A DNA stretch of 40,950 nucleotides from a virus. Taxonomy: Duplodnaviria; Caudoviricetes. The notes beneath the pieces were generated by a model. That model did no database searches and had not been told where the DNA came from. It saw nothing but the letters and a program-made list of their open reading frames with translations. The stretch lies in IMG/VR virus record IMGVR_UViG_3300027571_000667, positions 1-40,950 of that record; one strand, written 5' to 3'. Both the position numbers and the translations under genes were made by a program. This document shows, piece by piece, positions 8,142 to 16,646 of the stretch (position 1 is the first letter of the stretch; each line of letters opens with the position of its first letter).

Positions 8142-8556
8142 TTATTTCCTCTTCGGTTAACTCAGCACCTTGTATAATTTCAAAACAACGTCTTTCGTTA
8201 ACTTCATCTTTATTTAATATTCTTTCTATAGACTTTGGCCTTGATGTTGACAATGCACCAATGTCTCTTCTTTCGCCGGAAGCATTTAGTTTGTTAAATT
8301 TTTCATTTAAGTTTCTATTTGCTGTCTCTAACATTCTATTTGTGTCTTCGAGGTTATTACGTATTTGTATAATATCCTCAAAGTCTGATGCCTGTTGTGC
8401 TATTACGGCTTTTTGTTCTCCAACAGCATCTTCTAATTTAATAATATTGCCTTTGGCGGTATCTAAGTCTTTTTGTAATGCTTTAACATACAAAAAGCCT
8501 CCACCTGCGGCACTTATTATTACTAGTATTAATGCTAGTTTAAGAGAATTAAACAT
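8071..8556 (-). CDS. Inner-membrane spanin (i-spanin)
   Basis: N-terminal TM, long coiled coil, two C-terminal Cys; position in lysis cassette. Confidence 0.8.
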   Translation of the reverse strand: MFNSLKLALILVIISAAGGGFLYVKALQKDLDTAKGNIIKLEDAVGEQKAVIAQQASDFEDIIQIRNNLEDTNRMLETANRNLNEKFNKLNASGERRDIGALSTSRPKSIERILNKDEVNERRCFEIIQGAELTEEEINATKKSKINTVCPELANPNYVTY

Positions 8557-8779
8557 TCACATGTTTTCCTACAACGTTTATTAACTCACCAACAGTTCCT
8601 ATATCAAATGTGTCTTCTTCAGGAATGTTAATATCTAATTTTTTGCTGATTTGTACAACAACATCAACTATATCTATCTCATCTCCGTCTAAATGGTCTA
8701 GAAAGTGAGTGTTAGGAGTAAACTCTTTGTCATCTCCAAAATGTCCTTTTAGTACTTCCATAATATCATCTACATACAT
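8549..8779 (-). CDS. Acyl-carrier-protein-like protein lacking the phosphopantetheine Ser
   Basis: 76 aa, acidic; F.D.L..D[E]ID.V.....I...LDI.IP.E....I.TVGELI aligns to AcpP, but DSLD is DEID (codon GAG). Confidence 0.8.
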   Translation of the reverse strand: MYVDDIMEVLKGHFGDDKEFTPNTHFLDHLDGDEIDIVDVVVQISKKLDINIPEEDTFDIGTVGELINVVGKHVNV

Positions 8780-8785
8780 AATTTA

Positions 8786-9658
8786 TTATCCTAATAGTTC
8801 TCCGAGTGTTGCAGGACCAGCAATACCATCTGCTGTTAATCCTTTACTTACTTGCCACTCTTTTAATTTACGCTCAGTACCAGGACCAAATATCCCGTCT
8901 GCGCCTATACCTAATGCTTCTTGCATCATTTTAACGCCTTCGCCACGGCAACCTTTACGTAGTACACCAATGTCATCTACATCAAAGTCGTCATCACCTG
9001 CGTCTTCTGCTAGTGTTACAGGACTGCCTAATACTTCCATTGCTTTAGTATAACGTAATTGACGATCAGCAAGACCGATGTTACCACCGTTAATCTTTTT
9101 AGTCATCTTAGTTACGTTATCGGTGTCTGCAATAGTGTTTAGTTTGTTTGCGTCCCAGAACCAACATGCTGACTCTACAGCACCCTTAGGTGTTGCAACA
9201 TATATTGCTGCTTCTTCTGCTGTAATGTTAATACTTGCACCAAAACGTGTATAGTTTTCACGTCCGGTTAATTGCTTTAGTCCACGGCCACGGAATAACC
9301 AACCGTCACCTTCTTTTATATTACCCATTTTATACTTACGGAACTCATCTTGGTAGACATAGTTTGCAATTTTTTCTGGATTACGTGCATACTCTGCTGC
9401 ATTACGTTTATGTGGTGCTGAGCCAAAGTAACGTCCAAATACAGCGTTAAGTGCTTTTTCACTATAGTTTAAGTTTTCTTGTAAGCTACGAAAATTGTTT
9501 GACTCATGGGCGCATTGACTAAGAAAGTGTGCAACTCGTCTTTTTGTGTTTATATCGTACTTAGGCATAATAGCAACTAGTGCTTCAAACCACGCCTCGA
9601 CATCTTTATTACCCGGAATGATTTTTCCAAGTTGTTCTTTAGTGAATTCAAAATCCAT
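8786..9658 (-). CDS. Endolysin: GH19 domain plus C-terminal peptidoglycan-binding domain
   Basis: FLSQCAHES, ENLNYS, FRGRGLKQLTGRENY, KKINGGNIGL; LRKGCRGEGVK, ADGIFGPGT, ADGIAGPAT. Confidence 0.93.
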   Translation of the reverse strand: MDFEFTKEQLGKIIPGNKDVEAWFEALVAIMPKYDINTKRRVAHFLSQCAHESNNFRSLQENLNYSEKALNAVFGRYFGSAPHKRNAAEYARNPEKIANYVYQDEFRKYKMGNIKEGDGWLFRGRGLKQLTGRENYTRFGASINITAEEAAIYVATPKGAVESACWFWDANKLNTIADTDNVTKMTKKINGGNIGLADRQLRYTKAMEVLGSPVTLAEDAGDDDFDVDDIGVLRKGCRGEGVKMMQEALGIGADGIFGPGTERKLKEWQVSKGLTADGIAGPATLGELLG

Positions 9659-9687
9659 AATACTTTCCTGTTTTGTGCTACGTTTGA

Positions 9688-10407
9688 TTAGTGTTGTAGT
9701 CTTTCCACAACTAATGTGGATCCGTTATTATCAAGTGAAAACTTATTACCAAATTTTGTAATATTGTAATCACCAAGATATTTACTTAAAAAGATGACTT
9801 CTGCAAAGTCATTCGTGTTTACACGTTCAGTGATGTTTTGGATTGTTTCAAGTGTATCGCCGAAGTCGATAACTTTGAATTGTACAGGGTCTGCATAGAC
9901 CTTTCTGACCGTTAGTACATCACCGGTCATATATGTTTCTTCTAAGTAACTTTTGTTAAAAAAGTTTTTATAATTATTTAAACTTGCTTCAGCAATACCG
10001 ATATCATAATCGTTGCTGTCTAATGGAATTTCTTCTGACAACGCATCTTGTGTTAAGTCTTTTGATTTAAAATCTTTGTAATATCTATATTTTAAAGATT
10101 CACAATCAGCAAGTTTACATACGCCATCTGCAATTTCCATAATTTGATCTGGTACATGTTTATTACGTTCTATTTCAACAAATACTTTGTATGTACCGTC
10201 TGACTGTTCGCCGGCAGTTGCATCAGCATCAAGTACAAAGTCGTAGCCTTTTTCTAAAAAGTTTTCTAAGTCTTTAGCGGCTTCTCTTTCCCTTACACTA
10301 AATGCTAGTGTAACGATATCCTTGTCATCGCCCATTTTACTTTTGAAACTATCAATTTCAAAAATGTCATAGACCATGTTCTTTAAGTCAGATGCTCGTA
10401 ATCCCAT
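9688..10407 (-). CDS. Hypothetical protein (239 aa)
   Basis: ORF track; TAATG coupling with upstream gene. Confidence 0.75.
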   Translation of the reverse strand: MGLRASDLKNMVYDIFEIDSFKSKMGDDKDIVTLAFSVREREAAKDLENFLEKGYDFVLDADATAGEQSDGTYKVFVEIERNKHVPDQIMEIADGVCKLADCESLKYRYYKDFKSKDLTQDALSEEIPLDSNDYDIGIAEASLNNYKNFFNKSYLEETYMTGDVLTVRKVYADPVQFKVIDFGDTLETIQNITERVNTNDFAEVIFLSKYLGDYNITKFGNKFSLDNNGSTLVVERLQH

Positions 10408-10922
10408 TATTCTAACTCTCCTCCGGCTACATCAGCTTCTACGTCAGCTTGTTGCGGTTCTTGTTGTGCTTGTGTTTCGGCAGCATTTGCAGGTTGAGTA
10501 ATAGTTTCTTTATATCCACCGTATATGTCTGCTAGTAAGCTCTTAGGCATTTCAATATTTACTACCCAAATAGGCTTTCTATCTAATTTGCCCTTTTTAG
10601 TACCTGGGCGCATATCATCTGGCTTTGCTATTTTGCGGGGAACAATTATATCATCTTTTTTATACGATACTTTACAGTCATAGTCTACTAAACGCTTGCC
10701 GCCCATTGGATCAGGCATGTTACCTCTGTCCCACATAAAGGAACAAGTAACTAAATGTCTTCCTATATCAGGACCTTGGAGTAATTCTCCATCTTCCCAA
10801 TTTTTATATACATATAGATCAAGTTCATCAAGCACTCTTTCGAAGTCTTTTAAGACTTGGAATGCTGTATCACTATTATATATGTTTTCTACATTTTTTA
10901 TTATATCAAGTGTGTCTTGCAT
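10407..10922 (-). CDS. Hypothetical protein (171 aa)
   Basis: ORF track; GGAGA SD; GATAAATA upstream. Confidence 0.75.
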   Translation of the reverse strand: MQDTLDIIKNVENIYNSDTAFQVLKDFERVLDELDLYVYKNWEDGELLQGPDIGRHLVTCSFMWDRGNMPDPMGGKRLVDYDCKVSYKKDDIIVPRKIAKPDDMRPGTKKGKLDRKPIWVVNIEMPKSLLADIYGGYKETITQPANAAETQAQQEPQQADVEADVAGGELE

Positions 10923-10943
10923 TTTATAGTTCTCCGCTATACT

Positions 10944-11002
10944 TATTTATCAGACTTGAATTCATAACAGACAGTTTTTCTCTTTGCACCAAATGGTAAA
11001 TA
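10944..11002. promoter_or_regulatory. Divergent late promoters: GATAAATA (-, 10944-10951) and GGTAAATA (+, 10995-11002)
   Basis: Each motif points at the adjacent gene start; 7-bp hairpin at 11007-11026 follows the + site. Confidence 0.55.
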
Positions 11003-11051
11003 CTTTTGTAGAACATACTTTCTACACCACAATTCCATAGGAGGAAACTTA

Positions 11052-11774
11052 ATGGGAGCAAAGAGGAAACAGCGTAATAACGCAAATCCAAACTTTCAAA
11101 ATGTCGTAGACATTAACATTCACAAAAAACCACAAAAGCAAATACAAATATTACCTAGAAATAGAAATCAAGAAGCATACGTGTTAAAACTGCTAGATCC
11201 TACAAAAGACATAGTCTTTGGCGTCGGTCCAGCGGGAACAGGCAAAACTCTTTTGGCTGTGCAAGTTGCTGTAAAACTATTTAAAGATGGTGTAATAGAT
11301 AAAATCATCGTTACGAGACCAGCGGTTTCGGCAGACGAAGATTTAGGTTTTTTACCTGGTACATTAGAACAAAAAATGGCACCATGGACAAGGCCTATAT
11401 TTGACGTATTACGGGACTACTTTAGTGCTAAGGAAATCGAAGGAATGATCGAAGAACAGATCATAGAAATCGCTCCATTAGCATTTATGAGAGGCCGTAC
11501 ATTTAAAAGGAGTTTTATATTAGCTGACGAAATGCAGAATACTACCCATAATCAAATGAAAATGTTACTTACGAGACTAGGCGAAGGATCAATGATGGCT
11601 GTAACAGGCGACTTGGCACAAGCAGATAGGCTAAAGGACAACGGTTTATTAAATTTTATGAAACTGTTAGAATCGAGTAACGTATCTTATTTGGACATAG
11701 TCCAGTTCGAACAGGGAGACATTGAACGACATAAGGCTGTTAAGGAAGTCCTCCAAATATATGGAGACGAATAA
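11052..11774 (+). CDS. phoH: PhoH-family ATPase
   Basis: GPAGTGKT, TRPAV, LGFLPG, APLAFMRGRTF, DEMQN, TRLGEGS, TGDLAQ; AGGAGG SD. Confidence 0.95.
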   Translation: MGAKRKQRNNANPNFQNVVDINIHKKPQKQIQILPRNRNQEAYVLKLLDPTKDIVFGVGPAGTGKTLLAVQVAVKLFKDGVIDKIIVTRPAVSADEDLGFLPGTLEQKMAPWTRPIFDVLRDYFSAKEIEGMIEEQIIEIAPLAFMRGRTFKRSFILADEMQNTTHNQMKMLLTRLGEGSMMAVTGDLAQADRLKDNGLLNFMKLLESSNVSYLDIVQFEQGDIERHKAVKEVLQIYGDE

Positions 11775-11783
11775 CCTTTAACG

Positions 11784-11812
11784 AATAAGGGGAGCATTAT
11801 GCTCCCTTTATT
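11784..11812. terminator. Bidirectional intrinsic terminator between convergent genes
   Basis: AATAAGGGGAGCA-TTA-TGCTCCCTTTATT hairpin with A/T flanks. Confidence 0.8.
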
Positions 11813-12027
11813 TGTATTAGTAAGTATTCATTCTTAGTAAAGATACATTCCCAACTAGGCCCTTTTATAGGGGGTCTTCCATTGTTGTCATAGAATGTAT
11901 GTCTAATATAATAGTTAGACAACCATATACGTTTGCCACTATTAGATATAGTAGGCGACCACGCAAATTTCTTTACATATTTAAATTGGTCTGGAAGAAC
12001 TTTGCCGTAGTAACTGTGCCCTAGCAC
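11797..12027 (-). CDS. Hypothetical protein (76 aa)
   Basis: GTG start with GAGGA SD overlapping thyX end; FAWxP...GKRIWL motif of small phage proteins. Confidence 0.65.
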   Translation of the reverse strand: MLGHSYYGKVLPDQFKYVKKFAWSPTISNSGKRIWLSNYYIRHTFYDNNGRPPIKGPSWECIFTKNEYLLIQIKGA

Positions 12028-12698
12028 AAGTCCTCAGCTAACGGAAATATCTCAGCAATAACTTTTGCACATGCTTTTGCGACATCCATATGTTCCTTTT
12101 GTGTACCATTTGCACTACGTAATTCAATATAATGTATCCAACTACGCAATGTACCGTTCATATACAGTCTTGTTTTAGTAAGACCTTCGGGTAATACTTT
12201 ACGTGCTACTTCTTTAGCAATGCCATTAGCAATAGCCCAATCATATGCTTTACCTGCAGTATAACATACATCCTGTTGCATTTCTTCCCACTTAACAACC
12301 AGCTCAGCCATGCCTTCTTCAGACATATCTACTTCAATTGAGTTTTGTCTGTTTTTATTATCCTGTAAACGTGCTTCACTTGTGATAAACACTTCACCCA
12401 TTTCGCCTGGTTCAGCATAACGTTGACTAAACTCTTGGAATGCAAAACTACGATGCCGCACAATTTGATGTGCAATGTCTCTTGTAGTTTCAATTTCGAT
12501 AACAGCGTTAACCATCTCAAGTGGTGACCAATGTGCATGTTTAATCAAATACTTAATCAAGCGTTCGCTTGTTTCTGTATTAATCTGTGCGGCAGGGTTT
12601 GATACCTTTGCACAAAATGCAATTAGTTCTTGTAGGTCTGTTAAACCTTCTGCTTCGAATTCAGGTGCTGCTTTGCTGTAACTTACTAGTTTAGCCAT
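12021..12698 (-). CDS. thyX: Flavin-dependent thymidylate synthase
   Basis: HWSPLE, RHRSFAFQEFSQRY signature, KEVARKVLP, LRSWIHYIELR. Confidence 0.96.
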   Translation of the reverse strand: MAKLVSYSKAAPEFEAEGLTDLQELIAFCAKVSNPAAQINTETSERLIKYLIKHAHWSPLEMVNAVIEIETTRDIAHQIVRHRSFAFQEFSQRYAEPGEMGEVFITSEARLQDNKNRQNSIEVDMSEEGMAELVVKWEEMQQDVCYTAGKAYDWAIANGIAKEVARKVLPEGLTKTRLYMNGTLRSWIHYIELRSANGTQKEHMDVAKACAKVIAEIFPLAEDLC

Positions 12699-12882
12699 TG
12701 TTAGTTAGGTCCTCTCCATTGCGGCCACGGTCTCTATTGCCGTCACCATTAAGCTCTGTTAAATCTTGTTGTTTTACCTTTTGATCTTTTTTACCAAAAA
12801 TTTTGTCGTAGTTGTCTCGATACTTTTCTGTAGAAGTCCTACTTCGTAGTTCATCTCCAGTTATCTCATTCCGTGTAGTCAT
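12691..12882 (-). CDS. Small hypothetical protein (63 aa)
   Basis: Start shortened from 12933 to the ATGA overlap at 12879-12882: [15 protein letters not shown]...YRDNYDKIFGKK. Confidence 0.65.
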   Translation of the reverse strand: MTTRNEITGDELRSRTSTEKYRDNYDKIFGKKDQKVKQQDLTELNGDGNRDRGRNGEDLTNNG

Positions 12883-13100
12883 AGTTTTTCTCTCGTTTTT
12901 TCGGCAACTTTGAGCTCGTACATTTCTTCCCAATACTCAAAGTCTTTTTTTGGTAAACGGCTTCCGCAGTCTTCCAAAATTTGTTTCTTGCGACTTAAAT
13001 CAGCGCCGCCCTTCCATTCAAACTTTTCTTCCATTGTGCGACCACAAGCAGGACAAAATTCTCCGTTGTTATCACACTCAGATATACATGGTGATATCAC
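12879..13100 (-). CDS. DUF1289-family Cys-rich (putative Fe-S/metal-binding) protein
   Basis: SPCISEC...[14 protein letters not shown] pattern; GTG start overlapping ferredoxin stop. Confidence 0.8.
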   Translation of the reverse strand: MISPCISECDNNGEFCPACGRTMEEKFEWKGGADLSRKKQILEDCGSRLPKKDFEYWEEMYELKVAEKTREKL

Positions 13101-13444
13101 GTTATATCCTTAATTGGTATAATACCAAATGTTTCGTACTTGTTAGGTAAGCCCGAAAACTCTTTATGGTCTGCTAGTGGGTCTATTTGATCAACAATAT
13201 TAACATTCCAGTCAGAAACTCGCCTATTAATCTCATCCCACTTTTCTCGTGTCTCTGGCTGTAGTTCGTAGTCTGCTACAATAGCATCTTCAGGACATTC
13301 AGGAACACATACACCGCAATCAATACACTCGTCTGGATTAATTGCTAGAAAGTTGTCTGCTTCATAAAAACAATCAACTGGGCAAACACTTACACAGTCT
13401 GTATGTTTACATTTAATGCAATTGTCAGTTACAAGATAAGTCAT
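13097..13444 (-). CDS. fdxA: Dicluster ferredoxin, FdxA (7Fe) type
   Basis: [18 protein letters not shown] and [17 protein letters not shown]. Confidence 0.92.
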   Translation of the reverse strand: MTYLVTDNCIKCKHTDCVSVCPVDCFYEADNFLAINPDECIDCGVCVPECPEDAIVADYELQPETREKWDEINRRVSDWNVNIVDQIDPLADHKEFSGLPNKYETFGIIPIKDIT

Positions 13445-13448
13445 TTAT

Positions 13449-13574
13449 TTACATCATTATTGAATATATTATTGCAAACGCAAGTAACGCAGATGCTATA
13501 TAACCTGCCTTTGACATTTGTTTCATTTTCTTTTTGCCTGCTATTAAGCCTAATGCTTTTAAGTCTTTTTTCAT
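13449..13574 (-). CDS. Small membrane peptide, 41 aa
   Basis: Read manually: MKKDLKALGLIAGKKKMKQMSKAGYIASALLAFAIIYSIMM; ATGA overlap, AGGA SD. Confidence 0.6.
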   Translation of the reverse strand: MKKDLKALGLIAGKKKMKQMSKAGYIASALLAFAIIYSIMM

Positions 13575-14485
13575 AATTGTCCTAGTCTGATTAGCGTTGC
13601 CGCTAAATTAATTTCTGGATCAACCACTAGTGTGTGATCAACCAGCCCTTGTTTAATAGTTAGTACAGCTTGATCCTGTTGTTCCTCTGATCCGAACAGC
13701 TCAATGTTGTCATACAGCCAACGATAAATTTCTTCCATCTCTTCTGGACGAACTGCACCACAAAGCATTTTACGTGCTTCTGCAATTTTACCTGCTTTAA
13801 ACAGTTCGACCATATCTAGTTTCCAGTCAGCTTCGCCTGTATCACCTTCATTGGGCTTTAATAAACTGTTGTCCTGTACATTCATTTGTACAGTATTAAT
13901 ACATTTACGCAAGTCTGGATATGTTGCTTTTACGTAGGTATCGAGCGTATCCAAATCAGGAGTAACACCTTCGGTAATAAGTATTTCAGCAACTCTAGCT
14001 GTAAACTCAGTTTGGTCAATTTTAGCAATGTGGAAACCTTGACACCTACTATGCAAAGCGGGAATAACACGATTTGGATAGTTACAAGTAAGAATGAAAC
14101 GAGAAGTAGTATGATACTCTTCCATAACACCACGCAACGCCGCTTGAGCGTTTGGGCTAAGATAGTCTGCCTCATCTAGTAACACAACCTTAAAGTCCCC
14201 AAATGGGATCATTTGTACAAAGTTTACAATTTTATCACGCACATCATCTACTGAGTTTGTTCGCGATGCGTTTATTTCAAGAATATCTAAATCTTGTATT
14301 TCTAATTCATTAAACAATAATTTTGCAAGTGTTGTTTTACCAATACCTGCATTACCACTAAACAGCAAATGCGGAATAGTTTTTTCTTTAATCCATGTAT
14401 TTACTTGATTACGCTGTGCGTCATCTCTAAACACATAACCATTAACTGTTTTCGGACGATACTTTTCAACCCATAGTTCCTTCAT
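13571..14485 (-). CDS. Clamp loader AAA+ subunit (T4 gp44/RFC-small-like)
   Basis: LWVEKYRP, GNAGIGKT, EINAS, LLDEAD, AQAALR, LTCNY, LHSRC. Confidence 0.93.
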   Translation of the reverse strand: MKELWVEKYRPKTVNGYVFRDDAQRNQVNTWIKEKTIPHLLFSGNAGIGKTTLAKLLFNELEIQDLDILEINASRTNSVDDVRDKIVNFVQMIPFGDFKVVLLDEADYLSPNAQAALRGVMEEYHTTSRFILTCNYPNRVIPALHSRCQGFHIAKIDQTEFTARVAEILITEGVTPDLDTLDTYVKATYPDLRKCINTVQMNVQDNSLLKPNEGDTGEADWKLDMVELFKAGKIAEARKMLCGAVRPEEMEEIYRWLYDNIELFGSEEQQDQAVLTIKQGLVDHTLVVDPEINLAATLIRLGQL

Positions 14486-14658
14486 TGTTGTTCTTCCTCC
14501 TCTTTCTTTGTTGGCTTCCTACCATAGAAGCCACCTTTGAACACAATGTTTTCAGTAGTTGCCATAGGTTCACAATGTGTAATTTTACCGCCTTTATCTA
14601 GATACTCTTGTAATTCTTCTTGCGTCATACCGCCGTCTTTTGATTGTTGTCCCATCAT
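14482..14658 (-). CDS. Small protein, 58 aa, SutA RNAP-binding-domain-like
   Basis: Read manually: MMGQQSKDGGMTQEELQEYLDKGGKITHCEPMATTENIVFKGGFYGRKPTKKEEEEQQ; ATGA overlaps at both ends; AGGAG SD. Confidence 0.7.
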   Translation of the reverse strand: MMGQQSKDGGMTQEELQEYLDKGGKITHCEPMATTENIVFKGGFYGRKPTKKEEEEQQ

Positions 14659-15194
14659 CGCTGAACTCCTAGTTCTTTATATGCTAATTGAACGCCTCTT
14701 GCTTGAAAATATGCATCAGCAAGGGCATTGTGTAAGTTTTCCTGCCCAAGTACTTTACGTGGATCTGTTTTACAGCAAGTAAACAGTGTACGACTGTCTT
14801 TAATTTGCCAAAACTGCCATGGAATAGGCATACCGATCATTCTATACATATCTTCAAGTATAGTTATATCAAAGCCGTACCCTTGACCCCAAATTGTGTC
14901 TACACCAACAGCCCACTTTCTAAGTTGTGTTAGTGCATCTTCAACACTGATAGCACCTGTTTGATCAAATGCTTCTTCCATTGCCTTAGGATCTTGTTTA
15001 CTCCACCATTCAATAGTGCTGTCGCTTGTAGTACGTCCTAAACGATCTTGATCGTCTACGCAAATTTTAAAGTATAGCTCTGAGTGAGGTTCACTTGAAT
15101 CTAAAGGGTTAAACTTAATTGCACCTAAACTCAATACAGTACAACTAGGACGAGTATCCAGTGTTTCTAAGTCGATCATGCCATGTGTAGCCAT
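14655..15194 (-). CDS. DEDDh 3'-5' exonuclease (DUF5051/T4 DexA-like)
   Basis: MIDLETL, WGQGYGFD, HNALADA motifs; AGGAG SD. Confidence 0.88.
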   Translation of the reverse strand: MATHGMIDLETLDTRPSCTVLSLGAIKFNPLDSSEPHSELYFKICVDDQDRLGRTTSDSTIEWWSKQDPKAMEEAFDQTGAISVEDALTQLRKWAVGVDTIWGQGYGFDITILEDMYRMIGMPIPWQFWQIKDSRTLFTCCKTDPRKVLGQENLHNALADAYFQARGVQLAYKELGVQR

Positions 15195-15356
15195 TTAACT
15201 TCTCCTGTTTTCTTGTCCGATGCCGGAAATAATTAATAGTATGTACAAAATGGGCCAACCCCATCCTGTTAAATACCCTGTTAGATGCAAAGTCATTAGA
15301 ACTACACCGGTTACACCAGTAGTACCAACGCCTGAGCTTTGATTAGGAATACGCAT
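15195..15356 (-). CDS. Small membrane protein, 53 aa
   Basis: Read manually: MRIPNQSSGVGTTGVTGVVLMTLHLTGYLTGWGWPILYILLIISGIGQENRRS; AAGGA SD; stop abuts next ATG. Confidence 0.7.
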   Translation of the reverse strand: MRIPNQSSGVGTTGVTGVVLMTLHLTGYLTGWGWPILYILLIISGIGQENRRS

Positions 15357-15385
15357 ATTTTGTCCTTGTATACATTATAGCTTAT

Positions 15386-15414
15386 ATTATAACGTATACA
15401 AGAACATATGTCAA
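15386..15414 (-). promoter_or_regulatory. Perfect sigma70 promoter TTGACA-N17-TATAAT
   Basis: -35 at 15409-15414, -10 at 15386-15391; overlaps long inverted repeat 15361-15406. Confidence 0.88.
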
Positions 15415-15422
15415 GTATTATT

Positions 15423-15776
15423 TTAAATAAAGTTTGAAAGTTTTGGGGCTTGCCAACCTTCTGGTTTTAGCACTTTCCCGTCTTCTCGTTTGATAACTTT
15501 GCCTGTAGTTGGATCAATTTTAGCAAAGTTTGTGTCCATTACTTCTTCCCAAGCAGCTTGGCCTTTAAAGCCACCTGCTCGAACGGCGCCTATTGTAACA
15601 ACTAAGATGTCAATTAGTGCATCTAACTGTTCAATCCTGTCGTTCTCTGTAATGGCTTCTTCTAGTTCGCCTACTTCTTCTCGAATTAAATCAAGATACA
15701 TATTGTAGTTTGCTTCACTTGGCTCTTGATCGCAAGCCGTTGCGAATTTATTGATGTCTTCAAATACGTCTGTCAT
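15423..15776 (-). CDS. MazG-like/PRA-PH-like NTP pyrophosphohydrolase
   Basis: LIREEVGELEEA, DALIDILVV, EVMDTNFAK, REDGKVLKP. Confidence 0.88.
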   Translation of the reverse strand: MTDVFEDINKFATACDQEPSEANYNMYLDLIREEVGELEEAITENDRIEQLDALIDILVVTIGAVRAGGFKGQAAWEEVMDTNFAKIDPTTGKVIKREDGKVLKPEGWQAPKLSNFI

Positions 15777-15784
15777 GTTGCCTC

Positions 15785-16198
15785 TTATGCGTTAGGGTTA
15801 ATAAAAGATCCTGGGTCAATAGTTGCAATATCACCATCACCGTGTTCTGCACCTATACGTAGATCTTTTGGTTTATCATTAGAATACGCTAATATTCCAG
15901 TTTCGTCTACCATGTGGAATGTTATTTCACCATCATGTTCAGTATCAACTTTTAGACCACGTGTCCAACGACCGTGTTCAATCAGTATCCACTCTCCTAC
16001 TTTATAGTCATCTATATTTTTAGGACCTTTGGAGTATACTTTACCCCAACGTGGATAGATACCTCTTTCTTTGCCGTCATCACCGGCAATAATTAAACCA
16101 CTTTCAGTTACTTGTTCACCAAACTCTACGTCAGTTACAAGTACACGTTTACCAATAGCACGTGGTGTGCCTTTGATCGCATTTATGTTCTTAGCCAT
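15785..16198 (-). CDS. groES: GroES-like co-chaperonin
   Basis: RVLV, TESGLII mobile loop, VYSKGP, KVGEWIL. Confidence 0.8.
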   Translation of the reverse strand: MAKNINAIKGTPRAIGKRVLVTDVEFGEQVTESGLIIAGDDGKERGIYPRWGKVYSKGPKNIDDYKVGEWILIEHGRWTRGLKVDTEHDGEITFHMVDETGILAYSNDKPKDLRIGAEHGDGDIATIDPGSFINPNA

Positions 16199-16614
16199 TA
16201 GTCACCTTTTTGTACAAAGTTGCCGTCGTCGTCTTCTACCCAACCATCGTCCATATCGTCGAACTCTTTTAATTCGGTTTCAGATGCTTTTACTTCTTCA
16301 ACTTTCTGTTGAGCTCTTGTAGTTGTTTTTGACTTTACAGCCTTTTGTGCTACAGGTGCTTCTTCAGAAACAACGTCAGATACAGATACAGCTGGTTCTT
16401 CAGCTACTGGCATAGATCCTTTGTAATAGTCTTTAATTACTTGTTCACGTTTACGAACAATTCTACCACCAGGGCCTAGCTCATCGCCACGTGCATTTAC
16501 ACGAGCATTGCCTACCGCTGGAGTAAGTTCATTCTTTTTACGCAACAAATCCATGTCAACTTGTTTGCCTTGCATTGTTGTATAGGTCTTTTGACCTTTT
16601 TGTCTCATTGCCAT
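16198..16614 (-). CDS. Hypothetical protein (138 aa)
   Basis: ORF track; AGGAGA SD; AVGNARVNARGDELGPGG core; acidic tail. Confidence 0.75.
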   Translation of the reverse strand: MAMRQKGQKTYTTMQGKQVDMDLLRKKNELTPAVGNARVNARGDELGPGGRIVRKREQVIKDYYKGSMPVAEEPAVSVSDVVSEEAPVAQKAVKSKTTTRAQQKVEEVKASETELKEFDDMDDGWVEDDDGNFVQKGD

Positions 16615-16638
16615 AATACTTCTCCTATATTATATACG

Positions 16639-16646
16639 TATTTATC
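16639..16646 (-). promoter_or_regulatory. Putative late promoter GATAAATA
   Basis: Exact motif overlapping upstream stop codon, ahead of the SD. Confidence 0.6.

Noticed and set aside
1543-16198. Bacterial chromosome or eukaryotic-virus origin (clpA, def, dnaJ, iscU, RFC-like, LRR genes)
   Set aside because: Genes lack their bacterial operon partners and are interleaved with endolysin, spanins, baseplate genes, SD sites and T4-like motifs.
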